Below are positions 50,880-60,257 of a stretch of 64,000 bases of DNA, piece after piece (the first letter of the stretch is position 1; each line of letters starts with the position of its first letter). Source of the DNA: Anaerolineaceae bacterium. Lineage in GTDB: Bacteria > Chloroflexota > Anaerolineae > Anaerolineales > Anaerolineaceae. The notes under the pieces are model-generated. The model saw nothing but the letters and a program-made list of their open reading frames with translations, did not search any database and was not told where the DNA came from. The position numbers were made by a program, and so were the translations under genes. The stretch covers positions 10,457 to 74,456 of the forward strand of contig JAYFNV010000025.1 of assembly GCA_034933225.1 (NCBI GenBank). The letters run 5' to 3'.

Positions 50880-50907
50880 TTGACACATCCATAAGGCAGA
50901 ATATAAT
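50880..50907 (+). promoter_or_regulatory. consensus sigma70 promoter for the TetR-esterase operon
   Basis: TTGACA (50880-50885), 16 nt, TATAAT (50902-50907). Confidence 0.6.
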
Positions 50908-50926
50908 TGAACGTCGTACAATTTTA

Positions 50927-50954
50927 TACTTCGTTCACTTATGTACTTCGTTCA
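50927..50954 (+). promoter_or_regulatory. direct repeat TACTTCGTTCA x2 (candidate TetR operator)
   Basis: Copies at 50927-50937 and 50944-50954. An inverted half-site TGAACG at 50908-50913 abuts the -10 box. Confidence 0.35.
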
Positions 50955-50971
50955 AAATTGGAGCAACTGAT

Positions 50972-51586
50972 ATGGAACCAAAGCATTCAAACCGATCTGA
51001 CCGAAAAAAAGAAGAAACCCAAACCAAGATCTTTGAGGTTTCTGTGACACTTTTCAATCAAATGGGAATTGAGAACGTCACCATGGAAATGATTGCTGAA
51101 AAGGTGGATATTGCAAAAGGTACTTTGTATAACTACTTCCCTTCAAAAGAAGCCATTATCAACGGCTATTTACAGCGCTCCTTCCAGGAATCCAGTCAGG
51201 AACGCTTGGCCCAGATCGCTCAATTGCCAGATACTTCTACCCGTTTGAAGTACGTCTTCTCGTTGTTAATTGAAGGAGTAAAAAGGCAACAAGAGATCTT
51301 TGAATCGTTCATGTTATTCAGAATGAAAAACACATTGTCCTTTCACCCTGTAGGCCAGGACCAGGCAACGGGGCTGTCTTCACTGAGCGCATCGATCATC
51401 CAATTGGGCACAGCATCTGGTGAGCTTGATTCACGTCTGGATGCCAGACTGCTGGAAGATCTTTTTGAACTCGCCCTCATTGAAGTGATCAAGCCCTACT
51501 ATATTGACCCGCACAACTTTCAACAAGAAAAAGCGATCTCCCAGGCAATAGACCTGTTTTTACACGGAGCCGCCTTAAGAAAATAA
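50972..51586 (+). CDS. TetR/AcrR family transcriptional regulator
   Basis: N-terminal HTH (IFEVSVTLFNQMGIENVTMEMIAEKVDIAKGTLYNYFPSKEAI). The track start at 50828 spans a terminator and a promoter, so I use the ATG at 50972. Confidence 0.85.
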   Translation: MEPKHSNRSDRKKEETQTKIFEVSVTLFNQMGIENVTMEMIAEKVDIAKGTLYNYFPSKEAIINGYLQRSFQESSQERLAQIAQLPDTSTRLKYVFSLLIEGVKRQQEIFESFMLFRMKNTLSFHPVGQDQATGLSSLSASIIQLGTASGELDSRLDARLLEDLFELALIEVIKPYYIDPHNFQQEKAISQAIDLFLHGAALRK

Positions 51587-51599
51587 GCAAAGGTACACT

Positions 51600-52547
51600 A
51601 TGACCAGTCTCCAGAGCAAGATCGTAATATCTGCGATTCGTAACCGGCACCTCTTCAAATTTCACCTAAAACCAGATGTGATCACAGATGAAGCCTCCAC
51701 TTTACAATTCCGCCGTGACATAGAGAAGAGCACGCAAAGAAACAATCAACTACCCAGGGGAATTGAATCAACTAAAATTGAAATTCAAGGTTTACCTGAG
51801 GGGCTACAAGCTGAATGGATCCATCCGGCCGGGACTGCCAGCCTGCCCACCAAAGAGGAGAAGGCAATTTTCTACACCCATGGAGGCGGGTACATTTCTG
51901 GCAATTGTGATGACCACCGTTTGATCGTAAGCCATTTTGTGCAATCAACCGGGATAGGAGCCTTGTTGTACGATTACCGCCTGGCTCCTGAGTTTCCCTT
52001 TCCGGCAGCCATGGAAGACACACTGATGGTTTATAAATGGCTTTTATCCCAGGGCGTGAATGCACAAAACATCCAAATTGTTGGCGAATCAGCCGGCGGC
52101 GGTCTATGCCTGGCCAGTCTTCTGGCAATCCGTGATACAGGCCTGGCACTCCCTAGAGCAGCCCTGGCGTTCTCTCCCTGGTTGGACTTAAAGAGCACCA
52201 GTCCATCCTTTACCAGCAATGCACATAAAGATATTTCCACTTTAGGGTCGTGGAATGTCTGGGGACCATTTTACTTCGGTAAAAATGACCCAGAAAATCC
52301 GTGGATTTCTCCCCTGTATGGAGATCTGAAGGGATTACCTCCCATTATGATCCAGGTTGGCGATTATGAGATCATGCTTGACGATTCCATCCAGTTTGCA
52401 AATAAAGCCAAAGAAGTCGGCGTAGAAATAACGCTGCACGTTTGGCCAGAAATGGTGCATTGTTTTCCACTTTTGGCACCCCTGTTTCCTGAAGCTACGG
52501 CTGCCTGGAATGAATCGATCCGTTTTCTCTTGAACCACTTTGAATGA
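51600..52547 (+). CDS. alpha/beta hydrolase, hormone-sensitive-lipase-type esterase
   Basis: HGGG box (FYTHGGGY), nucleophile elbow GESAGG, C-terminal His region (MVHCF). Confidence 0.85.
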   Translation: MTSLQSKIVISAIRNRHLFKFHLKPDVITDEASTLQFRRDIEKSTQRNNQLPRGIESTKIEIQGLPEGLQAEWIHPAGTASLPTKEEKAIFYTHGGGYISGNCDDHRLIVSHFVQSTGIGALLYDYRLAPEFPFPAAMEDTLMVYKWLLSQGVNAQNIQIVGESAGGGLCLASLLAIRDTGLALPRAALAFSPWLDLKSTSPSFTSNAHKDISTLGSWNVWGPFYFGKNDPENPWISPLYGDLKGLPPIMIQVGDYEIMLDDSIQFANKAKEVGVEITLHVWPEMVHCFPLLAPLFPEATAAWNESIRFLLNHFE

Positions 52548-52566
52548 TCGCTTGAACTTACAATAT

Positions 52567-52603
52567 AAAACCGCAAGCCTGTGAAAATTGGGCTTGCGGT
52601 TTT
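52567..52603. terminator. bidirectional terminator between convergent genes
   Basis: AAAA-CCGCAAGCC-loop-GGCTTGCGG-TTTT. Confidence 0.75.
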
Positions 52604-52655
52604 AAATTTGGATTTAACTGAAAATCAATATAAACGATATTGAAAAGACAGAAAA

Positions 52656-53828
52656 TTAGTTAAGGCTGCCCAGGCCTTCTTCATCGATCAACTTCAAGAA
52701 CTCGAATCCGAGGATTGGGTCAAAGGAGGACCCCAGGTTGTTGCGTAGATACTCCACCGCAGTCTCTTTTTTCCAGGCTTTCCTAAACGGGCGGTCAGAA
52801 AGCAGTGCGTCCCAGACATCTACCAGAGCGAAGATACGTGCAACCAACGGAATCTCCTCGCCACGTAGTCCGCGGGGATAGCCGCTGCCATCCCATTTTT
52901 CATGGTGGCAATAAGGAATCTCCAGGGAGTCTTTCAGGAAGGGAACTCTCCTTATAATGTCATAAGCAAAGGTGGGATGACGGCGCATTTCTTCCCACTC
53001 TTTGATGTCCAGGGTGGTTTCCTTAAAGAGAATGGCGTCTTCAATCCCCAGTTTGCCAAGATCATGCAGCATGGCGCCTCGCCACAGGTCGGTCACTCGA
53101 TGTCCGCGCACCCCCAGACGCATCGCAAAATGCCGGGTGAGATCAGCCACACGCAGACAATGTCCTTCAGATTCTCCTTCATGCTGGTCCACTGCCCTGC
53201 CCCAGGCTTCGACCATAATGTCATGGATCTCAGTCAGTTTGTAATCTTGATGAAAGTTGACCATAGCCGGAGACACAATCTTCGCAAGGGCATTCAGGAA
53301 GAGCAGATCCTGTTCATTAAAGCGCCCGTTTTTAGCCGACTGGAGATGGATGAGTCCCACTGTTTCTTGTTCCACTATCATTGGCACCAGAAGCGCAGAT
53401 TGTATCTGACGGTCCTCCGCCAGGAAAGATGAACCCTCAACTCTTTCTACCAACATCTCCTGAGCCAGGTTTTTTACCAGAAAAGGTCTCTTTTGCTGGA
53501 GCACAAAGGCTTGCTGCTGTAACACAGCGTTCGAGATCTGAATATCCGTCTGCTCCAAATTTTTAATTCCCTTCCCGGCGATCTTGGCAAAGACGCAGTT
53601 GATCCCATCACTGCCTGCATCACATTGCGAAAGGAAAATATCTTCAACATCTTCATACTTTAAGGATAGAATTTGCGCTAACAGGGCAAAACCCTGCCGG
53701 CTTTCCTGAATTTCTGCCAGAAGAGGGCTGTATTTATTAATGAGATCCATTTCTTCAAAGAAGGGTTTCAGATTCACGGGCAACTTTGAAGTAACGTTTT
53801 TAGACCGGTCCTGCTTTTTTCTTACCAT
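52656..53828 (-). CDS. GAF + HD-GYP domain protein (putative c-di-GMP phosphodiesterase)
   Basis: HDLGKLGI, HHEKWDGSGYPRGL (HD-GYP signature). GAF-like region upstream. I prefer the ATG at 53828 (AAGGA 7 nt upstream) over the track TTG at 53852. Confidence 0.85.
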   Translation of the reverse strand: MVRKKQDRSKNVTSKLPVNLKPFFEEMDLINKYSPLLAEIQESRQGFALLAQILSLKYEDVEDIFLSQCDAGSDGINCVFAKIAGKGIKNLEQTDIQISNAVLQQQAFVLQQKRPFLVKNLAQEMLVERVEGSSFLAEDRQIQSALLVPMIVEQETVGLIHLQSAKNGRFNEQDLLFLNALAKIVSPAMVNFHQDYKLTEIHDIMVEAWGRAVDQHEGESEGHCLRVADLTRHFAMRLGVRGHRVTDLWRGAMLHDLGKLGIEDAILFKETTLDIKEWEEMRRHPTFAYDIIRRVPFLKDSLEIPYCHHEKWDGSGYPRGLRGEEIPLVARIFALVDVWDALLSDRPFRKAWKKETAVEYLRNNLGSSFDPILGFEFLKLIDEEGLGSLN

Positions 53829-54061
53829 GCTCATTTCCTTTTCTACCGACAAGAGCCTTCAACCGCTAACATAGGTTAAACCGTTAATATGTTTCTGCCA
53901 CGTTCGTATGGAGGAGAATTATTTACTTATGATTTACTAAATAATTATAACTTTGTTACAGCACAAACCATATAAAAACGGGGTTAAAACTTGGCCGTCA
54001 GGATTTGGAAAATTAATTACAATACAAACAACTTTTTGCTGAAACACAAAAGGATGTGCCT

Positions 54062-55081
54062 ATGTTTGAACTTATTGACCCTGCCCAAGCACAAAACCGA
54101 TCCTTTGGACTGGTATTTCACCCCAGCTTTTCCATTTCCAGCCTACCTGAATACGCACGCCAGGCCGAGGAAATGGGGTTTGATGAATTATGGTTGTGGG
54201 ATGATTGTTTTCTGCCGGGAGCCTTCAGTGCGGCGGCCATTGCCCTTTCTGCCACCCACAAGATCAAAGTTTGCATCGGTCTCATTCCAGTTCCGGCTCT
54301 GAACCCGCTTTTTATGGCCATGGAGATCACTTCCCTGGCGGGCGCCTTTCCGGGCCGCTTTATTGCAGGGTTTGGTCACGGTGTTGAACCCTGGATGAAG
54401 CAAATTGGCGCTGCTGAGCGCTCCTCACTGGCGCGTCTGCGCGAGACAGTGACCGTGGTCAGGGACTTGCTGCATGGCGAAGAAATCAATTTTGACGGCG
54501 AATTTGTGCGCATGGAGCATGTGAAAATGCAACAGCTCCCGGATGCAGTCCCCCCGCTCTATATAGGCGCCATGCGAGAAAAATCATTGGCTTTGGCTGG
54601 CAGCCTTGCAGACGGCACCCTTTTTACCAGCATGTCTTCGCTCACCTACACCCGTTGGGCACTGGGGCACATCCAGGCCGGAATGCAAAAAGCCGGCAAG
54701 ACCGATCAGCGTGTGGTCGGCTTTGTGGATGTGAAGGTCAATGAGGCTGGCGCTTCCGCCCGCGCCGCCACCCGGCGCTCCCTGGCAGCCCGCCTGCCCT
54801 GGGCAGATGTCCACATTCAACATTCCGGGTATGCAGAAGAGATCGCCCAATACTTGCAAACTCACAGCAGCGCAGACCTTGCCAAAGATATGCCGGACGC
54901 CTGGTTGGATGCTTTTTCGGCCAGCGGTACCCCACAACAGGTCAGTACCCTGCTCAAGCAGTGGTTTGAAGCCGGCTTGAACAGCATCATCATCCAACCG
55001 CTCTGGGGCGATGCCTCCTGTCAGAGTGAATACATAAAATATCTGCCAGCCATCCTCAAGGACCTACGGAACCCGCTATGA
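54062..55081 (+). CDS. LLM-class (luciferase-like) flavin/F420-dependent oxidoreductase
   Basis: Pattern FGLVFHP...YARQAEEMGFDELWLWDD...GFGHG...PLYIGA. I prefer the ATG at 54062 (AAAGGA 7 nt upstream). Confidence 0.85.
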   Translation: MFELIDPAQAQNRSFGLVFHPSFSISSLPEYARQAEEMGFDELWLWDDCFLPGAFSAAAIALSATHKIKVCIGLIPVPALNPLFMAMEITSLAGAFPGRFIAGFGHGVEPWMKQIGAAERSSLARLRETVTVVRDLLHGEEINFDGEFVRMEHVKMQQLPDAVPPLYIGAMREKSLALAGSLADGTLFTSMSSLTYTRWALGHIQAGMQKAGKTDQRVVGFVDVKVNEAGASARAATRRSLAARLPWADVHIQHSGYAEEIAQYLQTHSSADLAKDMPDAWLDAFSASGTPQQVSTLLKQWFEAGLNSIIIQPLWGDASCQSEYIKYLPAILKDLRNPL

Positions 55082-55833
55082 GAAAAGAATCGCTTGAACA
55101 GAGATTGCAGGAGATCGCGCAGTCGCTCGCGCAATACGAGCATGCCCTGGCGCTGCTTGGCCTGGGTTCCGCCGGGGTGGAAACCGAGCGCATGGACGAG
55201 TTCTCGGATCTGGATTTCTTCGTCATTGTGCAGGCTGGATGCAAAGCAGAATTTCTGAATGACCTTTCCTGGTTAGACAGCATCTGCCCAATTGCTTACC
55301 ATTTTGCCAACTCAGCAGATGGGTATAAGCTGCTCTTTGCAGATGGCATATTCTGTGAAATGGCCATCTTTGAACTTGAAGAGCTGCATTCAGCCATCTA
55401 CTCTGCCGGGCGCATTCTCTGGAAACGACCGCAAGTACCGGCTGAGATCGCCATCCCTGCGGTGAAGAATAGCCCAATTTTACATGACCCCGAATGGCTG
55501 ATCGGTGAAGCTGTCACTAATTTGTACGTGGGCATGGCCAGAGACCTGCGTGGCGAGAAGCTCTCTGCTATGCGCTTTATCCAGTATTATGCTGTTGATC
55601 GCTTGGTGGAATTGACTGAACTAATCGAACCGGCACAAGGATGCTTCAAAGATGAATTTTCAGCAGAACGCCGCTTTGAAATGCACCATCCGCTCACCTG
55701 TGCTCAACTGCCTGACTTTATGCAGGGTTACAAGCATAACCCTGAATCAGCCCTGGCTATCCTGGATTTTCTTGAGCTACACTTTTCAGTCAACCCGGCC
55801 ATGAGTCAGGCGATCCGTAGCTATTGTAGATAA
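55078..55833 (+). CDS. nucleotidyltransferase-fold protein (hypothetical)
   Basis: ATGA overlap with the LLM gene. LGLGSAGVETERMDEFSDLDFFVIV resembles the GS...DxD minimal NTase motif. Confidence 0.5.
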   Translation: MRKESLEQRLQEIAQSLAQYEHALALLGLGSAGVETERMDEFSDLDFFVIVQAGCKAEFLNDLSWLDSICPIAYHFANSADGYKLLFADGIFCEMAIFELEELHSAIYSAGRILWKRPQVPAEIAIPAVKNSPILHDPEWLIGEAVTNLYVGMARDLRGEKLSAMRFIQYYAVDRLVELTELIEPAQGCFKDEFSAERRFEMHHPLTCAQLPDFMQGYKHNPESALAILDFLELHFSVNPAMSQAIRSYCR

Positions 55834-55835
55834 AG

Positions 55836-55867
55836 AAGAAGGAGACGAATTCGTCTCCTTCTTTTGT
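55836..55867. terminator. bidirectional terminator between convergent genes
   Basis: Perfect 13-bp palindrome arms AAGAAGGAGACGA-at-TCGTCTCCTTCTT followed by TTG. Confidence 0.75.
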
Positions 55868-57961
55868 TCATGGAATGGTGATCTTGTAATCCGTTTTGAA
55901 ATGCCCGCTGTGGTTGACCCCATATAGCTGGTCATTCCCTTCACGAACCACCCCAACAATCGAGATCTGGTAGGTGCCGCTTTCCAACTGGCTGGTATCC
56001 AGGCTTAAGAAGAACTTGCCATTGACCGAACTGGAAGTGGCGAAAACATAGGTTTTGGTTTCACTGCGAAGAATGAAGAAAGCTCTTCCCAACAGGTAGA
56101 CCTTGTTGTCATAAGTGACCGTGCCATCCGCAACCAGACGCCCCTCCTCTATGAAGATGCGGCTGAAATTCGCCTTGATCTTGCCAGCGTACAGGTTGGG
56201 TGCCTGGACCATATCTGTTTCTGAGTTGTAAACGAGCGTCCCCAGGCGCTGCCCTTGAATTTGTCCCAAATTGTAATCGTAGGCAGAATCCACATACAAC
56301 GGCATGCGTTCGGCCTGGTATGTCTCTGCAGTGACCGTGTATTTGCTTTCTGTCACTTTCACAGAATAGACCAATTCCTTGTCTTGAGTCACTTCACGAA
56401 CCCGAGAATTGGTTACCTCATTGCCAAAAACGCCGCCCACGATATCATCAATTGCGACGCCGTCTTTACGGATCTCCCCGCCAAAATCGACCAGAACATT
56501 GCCTGTCTGAGGCAAATAATCAGCATCACCCAGATAGGTGGCATAGCATTCAGCCCCGCATTCCTTGCCATATTCCCACAATTGTTCCACCGTCTTCGCC
56601 TTCAGATCAATGCGGTAATGCACAGCGCGGGAGTAATTGTTTTCTGGTGAGACCGCATCCGCCTGGGTAAAGCTGCGACTCTGCCCATTATCAAAGAGGA
56701 GGAGGTCAAGAGTATCGGGGTTGTTGTCAAAGTCAGGCAAGATCATTGGGTCATGCTGGCCCCATTGCCACTCAAAACCCTCGCCCACTGGGGTGAGCAG
56801 ATACCTTGCCAGAAATGCAGAAGTACCTTCATAGCCTTCATGCGGCCCCAGTATCCACTGGATCTCAGACGTATCCGGATCAATTGCAACCACCTGGCTT
56901 TGAATGGGGGAGGAAACGATCAACAAATTATCGGCGCTATCCAGTATGGCCGCGTTCATGTGCATCCAATCAATATTCTGTAAATTGACGATGTTTGGAT
57001 GGAAATGAGTATAAGGGTCACGTTTCTCATCCAAAATATTCCTGAAATCGTATTCTTTCTTTACCTTACCAGTTTCGCGATCAATGATCACCGCAACATC
57101 TTCGCGGGTACCAGAGGTGAACATTTCACGATTATTAGAAACAGCCAAAATATCCCCGTTGGCCAATTCAGTAATGTTGTGATGAACGCCATTGGGCACT
57201 TCGATCTCTTTGAACACCTTGCCTAGCCAGTTGAATTCCCACAACGAGGTCATATTGTAGGGGATCTGCTTGTACTCATCCCCTGTGGAAAGCATATGCC
57301 CATTCCCGGCTAAAATCATGGCAGTGCCGTGGGCCATATATTTATTGGTCAGATAAGCGCGAACCTGAGCATTGGCATCCAAAATGGCGGTGTAGGTTTG
57401 TTCAAAACAGGGAGTAAACAATGTGACACCAGGCTCCATTTTTTCAGGCAGGGAGGCCTCAAGCGTGAAACGTTGAAAATCAACCGGCAAAGGCTCCGTA
57501 GTGATGGAAAGCTGCTTGGTCTCGCCTTGCCCGTTTTTCAATGTGATGATGTTTTCTCGCCCTGCGTAAAGACCAATGATCGGTACCTCAAAATGGCTTG
57601 TCTTGCTAGTCTTCACATAGGTAAAGGTTGATGCGGCATCGTCCCCCTGGATGGTCACCTCCACCTCACCCGCTTCGACGGCTTCATAGATCAGCAAAGC
57701 CGAAAGGGGATTCATGTCGTAGGGATCTTGCACAATGTAGGGAGCAGCAAAAGTATAGGCGCCCGCCTGATAATCGCTCAAAATTTGTTGTTCCCGGTCA
57801 GCCTGTGCCTGCAAGATGTCAAAGGTCGGCACCTCTGTATCTGCGGCCAGGCTTTGCGTGGTAGGTTTTACCAATAGGCCGCTACGGATCAGGAATAAAG
57901 CCGCCAGAACCAAAAGGACGATCACAATTACCGGAATTAGGATCTTTTGCCATTTCTTCAT
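55868..57961 (-). CDS. arylsulfotransferase (ASST)-like beta-propeller protein, N-terminally anchored, with extra C-terminal domain
   Basis: N-terminal TM anchor (ILIPVIVIVLLVLAALFLI). ASST-type core (DWMHMNAAILDSADNLLIVSSPIQSQVVAIDPDTSEIQWILG). Paralogous to 58493-60217. Confidence 0.75.
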   Translation of the reverse strand: MKKWQKILIPVIVIVLLVLAALFLIRSGLLVKPTTQSLAADTEVPTFDILQAQADREQQILSDYQAGAYTFAAPYIVQDPYDMNPLSALLIYEAVEAGEVEVTIQGDDAASTFTYVKTSKTSHFEVPIIGLYAGRENIITLKNGQGETKQLSITTEPLPVDFQRFTLEASLPEKMEPGVTLFTPCFEQTYTAILDANAQVRAYLTNKYMAHGTAMILAGNGHMLSTGDEYKQIPYNMTSLWEFNWLGKVFKEIEVPNGVHHNITELANGDILAVSNNREMFTSGTREDVAVIIDRETGKVKKEYDFRNILDEKRDPYTHFHPNIVNLQNIDWMHMNAAILDSADNLLIVSSPIQSQVVAIDPDTSEIQWILGPHEGYEGTSAFLARYLLTPVGEGFEWQWGQHDPMILPDFDNNPDTLDLLLFDNGQSRSFTQADAVSPENNYSRAVHYRIDLKAKTVEQLWEYGKECGAECYATYLGDADYLPQTGNVLVDFGGEIRKDGVAIDDIVGGVFGNEVTNSRVREVTQDKELVYSVKVTESKYTVTAETYQAERMPLYVDSAYDYNLGQIQGQRLGTLVYNSETDMVQAPNLYAGKIKANFSRIFIEEGRLVADGTVTYDNKVYLLGRAFFILRSETKTYVFATSSSVNGKFFLSLDTSQLESGTYQISIVGVVREGNDQLYGVNHSGHFKTDYKITIP

Positions 57962-57969
57962 ATCAGCGC

Positions 57970-58518
57970 CTAATGGGAGAGTGGGATTTCAAGAGACATC
58001 TCGGCAGATGTATAAACCAGGCTCAGATCGCCTTTTACAGCTTCTGCTGGGATCTCAAAGCAAATGAATCCCTTGTTCGTTCCCAGGGTGAGATTTGTGG
58101 ATTTCAACCTGGGGAAATTGTAGTTTTGCAAAAACGTATCATTTTCCATGCGGGTATAGGAATTCCCAGAACCATCTTTTACTGATAAGTTCTTCCAGGC
58201 GAAGGTGGATGCGCCAGCTACCTGTTTGGTGACTGTTAATTCCACCAACAGAAACATGTCCCCATCCGCAGGTTTTTCAACAAATTGTATCTGGGTAACA
58301 TCTCCGTTATATTGTTGCGCCGCCTCTGAACCGCTCAAATCTTTCACTGCTTCAGACTTTGTTACCTCAACTGACCAGGGAAATTGAGATTGGTCAATTG
58401 CGGTGGGGGCTGTTGTTGTGGAAGGTTTTCCCTGGCAAGCGGCGATTATGACACATCCAAAAAAGAAAATTGTTACAAAAAACAAACCTGGCTTATTGCG
58501 TGACATTATATTTTGCAT
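57970..58518 (-). CDS. lipoprotein, DUF4352-like beta-sandwich
   Basis: Lipobox VIIAAC|QG. The GDMFLLVELTVTKQ pattern matches my recollection of DUF4352. The start may instead be the ATG at 58506. Confidence 0.55.
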   Translation of the reverse strand: MQNIMSRNKPGLFFVTIFFFGCVIIAACQGKPSTTTAPTAIDQSQFPWSVEVTKSEAVKDLSGSEAAQQYNGDVTQIQFVEKPADGDMFLLVELTVTKQVAGASTFAWKNLSVKDGSGNSYTRMENDTFLQNYNFPRLKSTNLTLGTNKGFICFEIPAEAVKGDLSLVYTSAEMSLEIPLSH

Positions 58519-60217
58519 AAATACCCTTTGGAATAAGATTGATCACGGGGGTGCCTAACTGCAAGTAATTGTCGCTAAAATTGTAGATTTGTCTGCGTTC
58601 AAATCGATACTCAGTAAGTCTTCCGCTTGCAGTCTTATTAACTTCAAAAGCTTCCCAAACGATCTGGTCGTCTGAGTTGATTTCAAAGATATTCGAACTA
58701 TTCGAGATATCCCCACCACCCGTGATATCTGAACTTGGGGTTTGCACGTCAAAGTATCCCAAAATATTGCCATTAGGCAGTTGAGCAACACTCCCTCTGG
58801 CGGGTGCATAAAGCATAGTCCCGTACTCTTTTCCAAATTCCCAGATCTGTGTCACTGTCCCCTTTTTTTCGTCAATTCGGAAATGTACCAAACGTGAAAA
58901 AACTTCAGGTTCAACAATTTCGTGGGCAGCTACCTGGCGTTGAATTTCTGGATCATTTACGTACCGTTGATTCCCATTATCAAAAAGTAGCAGGTCCAAA
59001 GTATTTGGATCATTATCCTGATCTGGTAAGAGGAAGGGATCGTGTTGGTTATACTGCCATTCAAAATTCTCCCCTTCAGGCGTTAATAAGAATTTTTGAT
59101 ACATTGGCAGCCAGTTCTTGTGGTTACCCAGGATCCATTTGATCTTTCCATCTGGCCAGGATAACCTGATCACAGCAGATTGTGTCCGGCCAGAAATAAT
59201 GATATCGTCCGTACCTTCCACCCAGACAATGGCATTATTATGAAACCAATCAGGATCTTCCACCGGAATAAACCCTGTGTTTCTTAATCGCTGCAGAACT
59301 GAACGCAGATCGAGTGAATTAACGATCTCACCCGTGTTCGGATTCACTTCATAAATAAAATCTTCAGTTGTTTTTCCATTCGACCCGGTGATGAGCACAT
59401 TCTCTTTAAATTGTGCCATATCATGATGGTTTCCATATGGAGAGTAAAACACCCGATAAATCCGGCCAAGCGGATTCATCTCCAGGAACAAAACCTGAGC
59501 ATTAACCCCTTCGCCAATTGAGTAAATAAAATGGCCATCATACTCAAGTTGAGAGTTGTCGTAAGAGGTGGTCGTGTACCAGCGGGTTTTGCCATGCACG
59601 TCAAAAGCGATCTTTGATAACCGACTGTTTCTACCAAAAGAAAAGTTGAATCCTGGCTCGTATTGTTCTGGTTTGGCAATATCTACCACTCGAATGACAT
59701 TGATTAACTCTGAAGGCGTGACACCAGTTGTTATGCTTACCGTTGTCCTGATAATTTCTCCAGCTTCGTTGGTGGCTGTCAGCTCAACTGGGTTTTCCTG
59801 GTCAGAGTAAAGGCCGTATACCGGAATAATATGGTCTGTCTGATAACCATCAAAGGTAAAATCGACGGCGGAAATGGCATCTTCACCGGGAATATGAACA
59901 GAGATATTGACTGGCTCGTCCGTGGTAAACAGTACCAGAGCAGTTAATGGGGCTTGATCGTACGGGTCAACAACGACCAAAGGACTTGTGAACGTGTATG
60001 AACCACTGTTCAATTCCTGAAGCAGACTGGCATCAACCTCTTTTTGAGCTTGAATCTTGCCCAGTGTGGTTTTTAATACCTCGCCAAAGTCATTTATGGT
60101 TTTCTCTGTGACGGGAGTGGGAGTAATGACCTGTGAAGGGGTTAAGGTTATCTCGGTTGGTTTATCCGATCTATCCAGAAGAATCGAAATAAAAACCATT
60201 CCCCCAACTACCAGCAA
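58493..60217 (-). CDS. arylsulfotransferase (ASST)-like beta-propeller protein (start uncertain)
   Basis: DWFHNNAIVWVEGTDDIIISGRTQSAVIRLSWPDGKIKWILG. The N-terminal region aligns with the paralog. The track start is TTG in the middle of a predicted TM helix (see finding). Confidence 0.7.
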   Translation of the reverse strand: MLVVGGMVFISILLDRSDKPTEITLTPSQVITPTPVTEKTINDFGEVLKTTLGKIQAQKEVDASLLQELNSGSYTFTSPLVVVDPYDQAPLTALVLFTTDEPVNISVHIPGEDAISAVDFTFDGYQTDHIIPVYGLYSDQENPVELTATNEAGEIIRTTVSITTGVTPSELINVIRVVDIAKPEQYEPGFNFSFGRNSRLSKIAFDVHGKTRWYTTTSYDNSQLEYDGHFIYSIGEGVNAQVLFLEMNPLGRIYRVFYSPYGNHHDMAQFKENVLITGSNGKTTEDFIYEVNPNTGEIVNSLDLRSVLQRLRNTGFIPVEDPDWFHNNAIVWVEGTDDIIISGRTQSAVIRLSWPDGKIKWILGNHKNWLPMYQKFLLTPEGENFEWQYNQHDPFLLPDQDNDPNTLDLLLFDNGNQRYVNDPEIQRQVAAHEIVEPEVFSRLVHFRIDEKKGTVTQIWEFGKEYGTMLYAPARGSVAQLPNGNILGYFDVQTPSSDITGGGDISNSSNIFEINSDDQIVWEAFEVNKTASGRLTEYRFERRQIYNFSDNYLQLGTPVINLIPKGIYAKYNVTQ

Positions 60218-60257
60218 AGAGAGTATTCCCGCAAGTAATTGCTTGTCAACGGGTATC

